A DNA stretch of 64,000 nt from a virus (taxonomy: Duplodnaviria > Caudoviricetes): the IMG/VR virus record IMGVR_UViG_3300033069_001465. One strand, given 5' to 3'. Below, one piece after another: positions 1 through 7,662 of this stretch. The first letter of the stretch is position 1. Every line of letters begins with the position of its first letter. The notes under the pieces were generated by a model. That model made no database searches, was not told the DNA's origin, and was given only the letters and a program-made list of their open reading frames with translations. A program made the translations under genes and the position numbers.

Positions 1-254
1 CACCTGAAAATTTTATTGGAATAAAAGATGATAAGAATCCAGAATATTGTGATAATGGACTTCCTATAGACCCAATTAATCATGTTATTTGTGCTAATAA
101 CGCTGTTTTCTTAAAAAGAGAATCCCCAACAATAAAAATGTTGAAGGATGTTTATGATGATAGGAAAAAGAATAAGAAGATAATGATGAATAGAAAGGAA
201 GAATTAAAAGCGGTATTAGATGAAATAAAACAATTAGAAGAAGAATTATTCTAA
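1..254 (+). CDS. gp43: Family B DNA polymerase, C-terminal end of an apparent N-terminal subunit of a split gp43 (5'-truncated by the window edge)
   Basis: Frame starting at nt 3 reads PENFIG...VICANNAVFLKRESPTIKMLKDVYDDRKKNKKIMM...KQLEEELF*. This resembles the PolB segment after motif A (NISPE(T/N)...N...F.K...RK..KK.M, first fingers helix) and stops before motifs B and C. Not in the ORF track. Confidence 0.6.
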   Translation, partial: PENFIGIKDDKNPEYCDNGLPIDPINHVICANNAVFLKRESPTIKMLKDVYDDRKKNKKIMMNRKEELKAVLDEIKQLEEELF

Positions 255-743
255 TATCTTATTTAATTTTAGATTTCTGAAGTCTTGTTTTGAAATTTTT
301 TTACAAGTGATCATATCACATTTACCAAAATCGACTAATTTTTCGTCATGTTGATAGATGTTTACTTCACTACGAATCACTTCCATATATGGATATATAT
401 TTGGGTCATTCTTAATTAATTTAATTATGTCTGACTCTCTATTATCTTTAATTGCTTGAACTATTTCACCATTAATTTTAATACATCCTTTAAAGCTTGA
501 AGTATAAGTAAACCTATCAAGTAGTTTTTCAAAATGCCATTTTTTTACTTGTGATTTATCACAACCAAGGTTTCCAAGACCATTTTCAGGATAACTAACT
601 TTAACAATATTATTAAGCCAAGTAGATTTATAAAAGTAGACCCAATTATCATTTTTTTCATGGATATCACCAATCATAATAATTTTGACAAATTTAGGAC
701 CAAACTGGTCAGAAAGATAATATATATCACCTACTTTTAACAT
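246..743 (-). CDS. Hypothetical protein with C-terminal RxxKLxxIL motif
   Basis: 165-aa ORF ending DFRNLKLNKILE*; TATCTTTG element 4 nt upstream of the ATG. Confidence 0.8.
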   Translation of the reverse strand: MLKVGDIYYLSDQFGPKFVKIIMIGDIHEKNDNWVYFYKSTWLNNIVKVSYPENGLGNLGCDKSQVKKWHFEKLLDRFTYTSSFKGCIKINGEIVQAIKDNRESDIIKLIKNDPNIYPYMEVIRSEVNIYQHDEKLVDFGKCDMITCKKISKQDFRNLKLNKILE

Positions 744-747
744 ATTA

Positions 748-755
748 CAAAGATA
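748..755 (-). promoter_or_regulatory. Bacteroidota-type sigma -7 element (TATCTTTG)
   Basis: TATCTTTG-TAAT-ATG; the same 15-mer occurs at the starts at 3794(-) and 18728(+). Confidence 0.6.
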
Positions 756-759
756 CTAA

Positions 760-995
760 TTAAATCACTAACTCATTAAGTTTTTCATATCTATTGATTT
801 CCAATGTTTCAAAACAATTTTTATGATAATAGACAATTTCTCCATTATCATCTTTTATTTTAATCATTGGATCATCTTTAAATTGATTTATAATATTTAG
901 GCAGTCGTATATTTTACCTATGGTTAGATATAGATATTCTTCTTTTGTTCTTTTGTTCTACCCGGTAATTTTTTACTTATGCAAACTATTTTCAT
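760..995 (-). pseudogene. Small hypothetical gene frameshifted by an 8-bp tandem duplication
   Basis: TTCTTTTG occurs twice at 940-955. Removing one copy gives a 75-aa ORF, MKIVCISKKLPGRTKEEYLYLTIGKIYDCL...FETLEINRYEKLNELVI*, ending in the shared C-terminal motif. Confidence 0.75.
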
Positions 996-1008
996 AGTTA
1001 AAAATTTT

Positions 1009-1722
1009 TTAATCCCATAACCAATCTGCCCCACTGTAATTATCCTCAAATTCACAGTCTTTTCCATCCATTATATTAAAAAGAGTTTGTTTAGACTTAG
1101 CTCTTTGTGATCTATTTAAAAATTTTCTGAAATGTTTGGGCGCTTTTCTATGTCTTCTGTAATTTTTACATTCATGGTAAAACTTAGTATCAAGAATGTA
1201 TTCAATTTCAGCTTCTTCTTGTTCAAGAATAGTGCTATAAATTTTTACTTTAGTTTTATACTCTTTTTCATATTTGATATCAAAGTAAAAATTTGGTATT
1301 TTACAATAGTAAGATTTTGAATGTCTGTTCCATCCATGTACATGGAATGGAATCTCATCAGTAAACCATTTTTTTATTTGTGGAGGAAGATTAAGATAAG
1401 TCCATTCATTAATTCCATGTATGCGAGGCATATGATAAATCATTGTTTTGTATATAGATTTACCTTTCCTTTCCCAATCAAAAAGTTCAATTTTTTTAGC
1501 AAATGTTTTTGTTCCGAAATTTTGGCAGATATACCAGAATACCCAAGCATCATCACGATTTTGTATATCTTGTCTTGGTTCAAGATAAGCATTGTATCCA
1601 ATAAATTTGGGCTCAGTAAGTTCAGACCAACCTAAACTCCTTTGTGTTTCCCAATTTTTAGCAAGTTGCTTCTGAAGGCGAATGAATTCCTTCTCTTTTT
1701 CAAAGTGTTTGTTTTTTCTCAT
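1009..1722 (-). CDS. Hypothetical basic, aromatic-rich protein
   Basis: 237-aa ORF with a basic C-terminal helix ending ADWLWD. Confidence 0.8.
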   Translation of the reverse strand: MRKNKHFEKEKEFIRLQKQLAKNWETQRSLGWSELTEPKFIGYNAYLEPRQDIQNRDDAWVFWYICQNFGTKTFAKKIELFDWERKGKSIYKTMIYHMPRIHGINEWTYLNLPPQIKKWFTDEIPFHVHGWNRHSKSYYCKIPNFYFDIKYEKEYKTKVKIYSTILEQEEAEIEYILDTKFYHECKNYRRHRKAPKHFRKFLNRSQRAKSKQTLFNIMDGKDCEFEDNYSGADWLWD

Positions 1723-1724
1723 AT

Positions 1725-1751
1725 ATTTTGTTAGTTTTTAACTAACAAAAT
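1725..1751 (-). promoter_or_regulatory. 12-bp stem hairpin directly upstream of the ATG at 1722
   Basis: ATTTTGTTAGTT-AAA-AACTAACAAAAT on the minus strand; it ends 2 nt before the start codon and contains the stop of an upstream mini-ORF. Confidence 0.6.
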
Positions 1752-1786
1752 TTGAGCTCTTTGGTGTAGATGTATATTTTAATCAT
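1742..1786 (-). CDS. Possible leader peptide MIKIYIYTKELKFC
   Basis: 14-aa ORF whose TAG lies in the 5' arm of the hairpin at 1725-1751. Confidence 0.3.
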   Translation of the reverse strand: MIKIYIYTKELKFC

Positions 1787-1916
1787 AAAAAGAAATAAAC
1801 AGCAGTCCAATTCCGCTGAGGTTATTAAAAAGAAACCAACTCGGCTGACCAGAGAAAACACCTACCTATTTTTTTCAAGGCTGTCCAGCTTTTTATCCTA
1901 CCTTGTTGGTTTTTTG

Positions 1917-2281
1917 TGGAGGTGGGGAGCTCCGACTCTCCCGTCTTCTTCAGTTAATAATAACTAATCATTTACAAGCTTAGATAATTTTTCTAAAGTA
2001 TCAAAATAGTTAGTTAATTTATACTCACAAATAACTTAACAAAAACCTATCACTATTTACTGTTGTGATTCAGGTGAATTTTTTTATGAAAGTATCAATT
2101 AAGCTACTTCAAGCTCATTCACAATGAGTAAGTTGTTGCGTAGAGCAAATACTAAATCTTCTTTGCTTGCTACTTCGTTTGTTTTGCCGTTTAAAGCGTT
2201 GATGTCAATTTATTAATCGGATAACTCAGCCGATGCTTGCTTAACTACCATTACGATGCGAATCTATTCCAATTCACCCCC
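1917..2281 (-). ncRNA. ssrA: tmRNA (transfer-messenger RNA)
   Basis: 5' GGGGGTG pairs with 3' CACCTCC-A, with a G3:U wobble (Ala identity). T-stem GGGAG/CTCCC, length 365 nt, internal tag ORF ending in Ala, and its own host-type promoter upstream. CCA is not fully encoded. Confidence 0.9.
2099..2188 (-). other. tmRNA tag reading frame (A)GKTNEVASKEDLVFALRNNLLIVNELEVA*
   Basis: GGC resume codon after TTTAAAC, about 94 nt into the tmRNA; 29 codons then TAA. Confidence 0.7.
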
Positions 2282-2352
2282 ATAATTTAAAGAAACTGAC
2301 CAGAAGTGCGTCCTATCTTTTTCAGACTGACCAAAACCTTCCTGTTTCTTTA

Positions 2353-2383
2353 CAAAGATATATATAATATTTGAAAACTCAAA
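2353..2383 (-). promoter_or_regulatory. Bacteroidota sigma-type promoter for the tmRNA locus
   Basis: TTTG (2383-2380), 19 nt, TATCTTTG (2360-2353); matches the -33/-7 consensus. Confidence 0.75.
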
Positions 2384-2388
2384 AAAGT

Positions 2389-2685
2389 TTAAATTTCAAT
2401 AGTGAAAAACCAAGGATCTTTCGAATCTTTTGGATATTTAGATTTACCCATGATGATATCAATAAGTTCATTACCATTTATACCAACAATTTTCCTTGCT
2501 AGAATTCCTGTTTTGCCACTATCAATCAGATTTTGAATATTATCCTCAATAGGCAATTCATTAAGTGATTTTGGTTTTCCTGGTTGTGTTGATGCTATAC
2601 GGAAAGCATCTTTTTCATCTTTAGCAATAATAAAGTGTGACTTTGCATTTTTACCTTTATTATGGACATCATAAAATTTATTCAT
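2389..2685 (-). CDS. Hypothetical protein
   Basis: 98-aa ORF in a co-oriented gene run. Confidence 0.75.
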   Translation of the reverse strand: MNKFYDVHNKGKNAKSHFIIAKDEKDAFRIASTQPGKPKSLNELPIEDNIQNLIDSGKTGILARKIVGINGNELIDIIMGKSKYPKDSKDPWFFTIEI

Positions 2686-2694
2686 ATTTTTATT

Positions 2695-3171
2695 TTAAAT
2701 TGTTAATAGTAAATTTAACTTATTATTTCTTATTATTCTTTCTCTCTCATCTTTTTCTTCACATATTCTATAGACTGAGCAAGAATCGTTACCAACATTC
2801 CAAATAGCATCAACTTCATATTCATTAATATTAATATTGGACTTTGTTTCATTCCAATATATATCATAAGCATTATAATTATGCAAAAGGGTCCCTCGTC
2901 CTTTTACTAAGGTTAAAAATCCTTCATTTTTAACAAGTAATTTATTACTCATTCTTGCAGCATTTTTTATCTCTCTAATAGAGTCTTCATTAAAGCTCGA
3001 AGAAGATTTATCTAAATTGTAAATTTTATTAAAGGTATTTGAAAATTCATACCCAATATCCCAGGATATTTGATTTGCCCAATTTGTATATGTATTATAC
3101 AAAATGAGATAATCATGATTTAACTGATGATCATATAAGAAAACCGAGTATATTTTATAGATTAAGTCCAT
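2695..3171 (-). CDS. Hypothetical protein with C-terminal RxxKLxxLL motif
   Basis: 158 aa, ends IIRNNKLNLLLTI*. Confidence 0.8.
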   Translation of the reverse strand: MDLIYKIYSVFLYDHQLNHDYLILYNTYTNWANQISWDIGYEFSNTFNKIYNLDKSSSSFNEDSIREIKNAARMSNKLLVKNEGFLTLVKGRGTLLHNYNAYDIYWNETKSNININEYEVDAIWNVGNDSCSVYRICEEKDERERIIRNNKLNLLLTI

Positions 3172-3794
3172 TAGTCAATTTTAATAATCTCATCAGTATA
3201 TTCTCCACCTAAGTGAAATGTCATATATCCAAATCTATGCTGGTCGTCGACCTTAACATAGTATTTTTTGGTCCCAATATCAATTATAAATACACTTTTT
3301 GGTAGTGTATCTGTTTTCTTAAAGTGAACTCTCAGTTTATCCTCTATTAACATCCATAAAATCTTCATAACTCTATATTCTAAATAAGAACACATTTTAT
3401 CAAGTTTATAATATTCTTGACCTAATTCAAATGATTCATCATGTGAAAGAATAAAGTCAAGCTTTTCTTGACGGCCAGCAACTATATCTTTTGAAAATTC
3501 GACTCTGCCCTGTCCGATACTATGTGATCTATATTCAGAGTTATATTTAAAAGTATAATAATAAATATTATTATTATCTTTAGGATGATAATAATAGATA
3601 ACATGTTCATCTTTACTATTTTTTGGAATCTTATCAACTATTTCCTTGATAAATTCAGATCTAGATTTCCATCTTTTATTTGATCTTTCCTTGGCTTTTT
3701 CATAAAGTGCATGAATTTGTTCAATAGTCCACTCTTTAGGCTTTCTATTGAACTTCCTTTCAAATGAATTCGAATAGAGAAAATTATAATTCAT
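3171..3794 (-). CDS. Hypothetical protein with an internal RxxKLxxIL motif
   Basis: ORF 3171..3818; start moved to ATG 3794 because TATCTTTG-TAAT-ATG precedes it. Contains GRQEKLDFILS. Confidence 0.75.
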   Translation of the reverse strand: MNYNFLYSNSFERKFNRKPKEWTIEQIHALYEKAKERSNKRWKSRSEFIKEIVDKIPKNSKDEHVIYYYHPKDNNNIYYYTFKYNSEYRSHSIGQGRVEFSKDIVAGRQEKLDFILSHDESFELGQEYYKLDKMCSYLEYRVMKILWMLIEDKLRVHFKKTDTLPKSVFIIDIGTKKYYVKVDDQHRFGYMTFHLGGEYTDEIIKID

Positions 3795-3795
3795 A

Positions 3796-4017
3796 TTACA
3801 AAGATATGACAATTCCACGAATTATCCTAACAATATCTATGGTACTTACTACCAAACACTTATTAGTTATTTCGTCTATTCTCCTTTTGGGTATATCATA
3901 ATGTGTTTTATGAAACCAACATCTTTTAATATTAAGATTATCTGCCATTTTATGTAAGTTTTCAATGGAGTATGGAATGCAAATTAGATGTCTTTTAGTA
4001 TCACAATAATATTTCAT
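3796..4017 (-). CDS. DUF4031-like small protein
   Basis: HLIC..YS.E.LH.MA..L.IKR.WFH..HYDI pattern. Confidence 0.65.
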   Translation of the reverse strand: MKYYCDTKRHLICIPYSIENLHKMADNLNIKRCWFHKTHYDIPKRRIDEITNKCLVVSTIDIVRIIRGIVISL

Positions 4018-4038
4018 ATTTAATATATATAATTAATT

Positions 4039-4455
4039 ATGAAATATCTTAAATTATTTGAAAATTTTAGAGAAATAAAAATCGATGAATATAACAAAAT
4101 TGATAAACCAGAAGAACTTAATAAAAGGGAATTAGACCTAGTAAAGAAATTCGCAGATATCAATGAATGGGACCTTTTCTACCTAACAAGAAATTCTGAT
4201 ATTCAATTAGAGTTTTATAAAAGGAATGGTGATTATTTTTATAGAATATCAATAGATAAACAATATGATGAGTATTATTTAGTTTCAGTTGATTTTGAGG
4301 ACTTTGGTAGTCCAAATAAAGATAGCAGCAGATATTTTATATTAGATACATATGAGGAGCTGAATGAATTCTTACTAAAAATTGAAAAATTTTACAAGCA
4401 TAAACGACTGTTTAATACACAATCAATTATACAACCTCCGAAATGGATAATTTAA
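4039..4455 (+). CDS. Hypothetical protein, N-terminal MKYLKLFE tag
   Basis: TAATATATA upstream at 4021; distant member of the DEWF/KCDQ paralog family. Confidence 0.8.
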   Translation: MKYLKLFENFREIKIDEYNKIDKPEELNKRELDLVKKFADINEWDLFYLTRNSDIQLEFYKRNGDYFYRISIDKQYDEYYLVSVDFEDFGSPNKDSSRYFILDTYEELNEFLLKIEKFYKHKRLFNTQSIIQPPKWII

Positions 4456-4772
4456 TCTACAACTACACCAACTTTCTTATAAAATTGTAAATTTTCGGCC
4501 TTATCAACTAATTCTTGGTCAGCTATCGTTTTGTTTCCATACCACCATCCACCAACACCATCATGTCCAAGATAGAACACTTCATCTCCTAATTTAATAT
4601 CTTTTCTTGAAAAAGCATACCTATCTTTTTCTAACTCAAATCCAATTTTATACCCAAGATCCTCACATTCCTTCGAGGTAAATGTTGGAAGAACTATTCT
4701 CTGTGCAGTATGAGATACTTTTTTAATAGTTCTGTCAAAAAATCTTTCGTTAAATTTTTTAATATGTTTCAT
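4452..4772 (-). CDS. Hypothetical protein, N-terminal MKHIKKFNE tag
   Basis: 106-aa ORF. Confidence 0.8.
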   Translation of the reverse strand: MKHIKKFNERFFDRTIKKVSHTAQRIVLPTFTSKECEDLGYKIGFELEKDRYAFSRKDIKLGDEVFYLGHDGVGGWWYGNKTIADQELVDKAENLQFYKKVGVVVD

Positions 4773-4786
4773 TATCTAAATTTTTT

Positions 4787-5227
4787 TTAAAATGGAACTT
4801 CGCCTTCAATATCATTTAATGAAGTAGGTGCCGCCACATCTTCATCATAGAAGAATTTAGCTGTTATTAAAGGTTCACCACTTTTGACTTCCCATAAATC
4901 GAACTCAGATTCGTATTGTATTAGGATATCAGTTTCTAGCTTCTTAAGTAGATTCATAATTTTCATAACACTACCTATTTTTTCTGTTTTATTTAAAACA
5001 AATTGAACATTAATGCTGCCTTCATCATCAGTAAATACATAATAATTCTCAAATCCAGAATTTTTTATCATTTTTCTAAGTGTAGATAGTAAGTTTTCAA
5101 TGATATCATCCTGAGCTATTTCTTCAACTTCCTCAAGTTCAGGAATTTCAGGATAGTCATCTAATGGTTGATCTATATCATCAAACCCTTCTCTTTCGTT
5201 AATTTCAAAGTATTTTTTAAGTTTCAT
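4787..5227 (-). CDS. Acidic hypothetical protein with MKLKKYFE tag and an SSB-like C-terminal tip (DIEGEVPF)
   Basis: ORF 4787..5236; probable start at ATG 5227. Confidence 0.75.
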   Translation of the reverse strand: MKLKKYFEINEREGFDDIDQPLDDYPEIPELEEVEEIAQDDIIENLLSTLRKMIKNSGFENYYVFTDDEGSINVQFVLNKTEKIGSVMKIMNLLKKLETDILIQYESEFDLWEVKSGEPLITAKFFYDEDVAAPTSLNDIEGEVPF

Positions 5228-5228
5228 A

Positions 5229-6839
5229 TTATCCAATTTGTATTTTTAAAATGTTACCATCAAATTTTATATCAGGATTACATCTATGCATTAATAAAAT
5301 TGTTTCAATTTGTGATAAATCATCATAAGCATTTCTTAAAGAGACATCATCAAATTCAATTGAAACAACCACTTTACCTTCTACTCCTTTAATAGTAGAA
5401 TCATTGAAAAATATCGACTCTTTTAGATCCCTTATTAAGTCAGACCATTTTTCCAATACTTCAGAATCAAATCCAATTTTTCTCTTTATAGTAAGTTTAT
5501 TCCAATCAGCGGCTACACAAGCTTTGGCTAATCTTTCTAAATAAGTCATATTCTGAATCTCATCGTGTGTATGTTCATTAAAATATCCAACAGATACATT
5601 AGTACACTCTGGAACATAATCAACAAAATTATAGGAATCAGTAAATACACCTGTAGGATCTAGGTTCAATTTTAAACCACTTTTATTTAATTCTTTACAA
5701 AGTGATTCAGCAAACTCATTTGAGCAGCATCTCATTCCCATTTGCTCTGTGATAACAGAAAAGTAGTTTCTTCTATCAAATGAAATTACTTTCTTAATTT
5801 CTTTAAGAAATTCAAATGATTTGAAATCATCAGCCACTTTACCAGATCCAATTCCACCTCTTTCTTCACCTAAGAAGAAATAATAAACTCCTGGAACATT
5901 ATGAGCCATCATATACATCATTACTGCAACTCCAGCTTTATCATCTGCTCCTAGAATAGTTGTACCATCACTCATTATGTAATCTTGTCCATTTTTTGAC
6001 TGTGCTACTAATATAATATCACTTTTATCTCTTGATGCTGTATCTAAGTGTGATGTAAACATAGTATCGGATTTACCAATTATATGGTAAAGATTACCAT
6101 ATTTATCAGTTTGTAATCCTTCTGGTAAATATTTATAAACACCTTCTTCATGACCATGTGGATATGTTTCGGTTGTTAATGATATAAAAGTGGATCTAAC
6201 ATCTTTAGGATTAAATTTGAATTCAGGTACTTGAATCTCATCATCAGATTTATTGAGTGCTCTATTTTTAATTTTATTGTAATCCCTTACAAAGTTATAT
6301 ATTGTTCCTTTGTCAAATTTATTTCCAAAAAATGTTCTTATGAATTCCGCTATTTTAATTAATCCCCTTCTTCCATTTGGATAGTAAACATCAAAGCTGA
6401 AATCTGTATCAGAAACATCTAATTTCTCAATGCCAAATTTATTTTTTATTTCGGGATTTTGCTCAATATCAAGCAGTGCCCAACAAATTTGATCATCTAT
6501 TTTATCCAACATCATTGCGAAGTCATCCGTAAATTTAATTTGGATACTTTCTTTATCAATTTGTTTTTTACCGCTTCCCATATTTTTATTTGATATGTTT
6601 TTAAAAACCTTTAAAAATTCCTCAAACTCTTTCTTGTTGTATTTAGTATATCCTAAAACCTCTTCAAGTACCTTCATAGTAAGACTATCCTTGCCGATAG
6701 TAATTTTTTCAGTATAGTTAGGTGCATTTGAATTAATAGCTTTCAGATCATTAATAAGCCTATTGACTTTTTTTATTCCTAATTTTTCCATAGAGTCAAA
6801 GATATCACTTGCTCCTTTTGTTAAATAAACTCCTGTCAT
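5229..6839 (-). CDS. M28/M20-family zinc peptidase with a long N-terminal extension
   Basis: Motifs FTSHLDT, LGADDKAG, GEERG, SFDRR and NVSVGY..EHT..E. Confidence 0.85.
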   Translation of the reverse strand: MTGVYLTKGASDIFDSMEKLGIKKVNRLINDLKAINSNAPNYTEKITIGKDSLTMKVLEEVLGYTKYNKKEFEEFLKVFKNISNKNMGSGKKQIDKESIQIKFTDDFAMMLDKIDDQICWALLDIEQNPEIKNKFGIEKLDVSDTDFSFDVYYPNGRRGLIKIAEFIRTFFGNKFDKGTIYNFVRDYNKIKNRALNKSDDEIQVPEFKFNPKDVRSTFISLTTETYPHGHEEGVYKYLPEGLQTDKYGNLYHIIGKSDTMFTSHLDTASRDKSDIILVAQSKNGQDYIMSDGTTILGADDKAGVAVMMYMMAHNVPGVYYFFLGEERGGIGSGKVADDFKSFEFLKEIKKVISFDRRNYFSVITEQMGMRCCSNEFAESLCKELNKSGLKLNLDPTGVFTDSYNFVDYVPECTNVSVGYFNEHTHDEIQNMTYLERLAKACVAADWNKLTIKRKIGFDSEVLEKWSDLIRDLKESIFFNDSTIKGVEGKVVVSIEFDDVSLRNAYDDLSQIETILLMHRCNPDIKFDGNILKIQIG

Positions 6840-6850
6840 ATAGGTATATA

Positions 6851-7237
6851 TTATTTTTTTTCAATGATTATTTCATCAGCGTTATTATAATCTACTTTAA
6901 CTTGTCCAGCATTCATTCCTTTTGCTTTTTTAACGAATTTTTTCTTACAATAAAGTACTTTAATACTATTATCTTTTGATTTACAATTCTTAGCAGCTAT
7001 TAAAGCCACCTTTTTAATTGTCTCTTGTGTTGGTAGTTTGTCTTTTATTTTCATTACGACGTGACTACCGGGAACACCTTTTGCATGAAACCACATATCA
7101 TTATCATTTGCTACTTCTAATGTAACATAATCATTTGCCTCAGCATCTTTTCCTTGATATATAACAAAATCATCAATTATAATTTTTTTGAAATTAGGAC
7201 CTGATTTTTTTGATTCAAATGTTTTTAAATATTTCAT
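6851..7237 (-). CDS. NFACT-R (RqcH/DUF814-type) RNA-binding domain protein with MKYLKTFE tag
   Basis: GKDAEAND, DMWFHAKGVPGSHVV and VKK.KG...GQV motifs. Confidence 0.85.
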   Translation of the reverse strand: MKYLKTFESKKSGPNFKKIIIDDFVIYQGKDAEANDYVTLEVANDNDMWFHAKGVPGSHVVMKIKDKLPTQETIKKVALIAAKNCKSKDNSIKVLYCKKKFVKKAKGMNAGQVKVDYNNADEIIIEKK

Positions 7238-7662
7238 TATCTTGTATAAATATTTTTAAAAGAAAAATCCTGAGTATCATATAATATGATATTTTCATGA
7301 CCGAAAACTACAATAGTATCTTTAAAAAAGCTACATCCATGAATCTCATACATACTTAGAACGGATAACAAATCTTTATTTTTGAATACTAACACAAGAG
7401 ATAAATTATAATTGGCATATAATCTTATGTTATTATTTGTCGTTTTAAACCACAATGATCCATGCCTAATATCTTTTTTTGGTGATGATAAATCTATCGG
7501 ATCATCCAGCTGTGTCGTATTCAAGCGAAGACATTCTATTTTACTAGATATATCATTAATTTTTTTATTTCCATGTATAAAATCAATAGATGGATCATGA
7601 GTAATCTTGTTCCATGTTAGTACATCTTCCCCAGATTCATTTATTCTTTTTATATGTTTCAT
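7237..7662 (-). CDS. Hypothetical protein, MKHIKRINE tag
   Basis: 141-aa ORF. Confidence 0.75.
   Translation of the reverse strand: MKHIKRINESGEDVLTWNKITHDPSIDFIHGNKKINDISSKIECLRLNTTQLDDPIDLSSPKKDIRHGSLWFKTTNNNIRLYANYNLSLVLVFKNKDLLSVLSMYEIHGCSFFKDTIVVFGHENIILYDTQDFSFKNIYTR

Noticed and set aside
1770-1967. 65-aa plus-strand ORF
   Set aside because: Antisense to the tmRNA 3' end and flanking structures, with no recognisable protein features.
2099-2188. tmRNA tag (LRNNLLIVNEL) as a copy of the C-terminal RxxKLxxIL motif
   Set aside because: The spacing and the K/R/Q/N position do not match; the resemblance is superficial.
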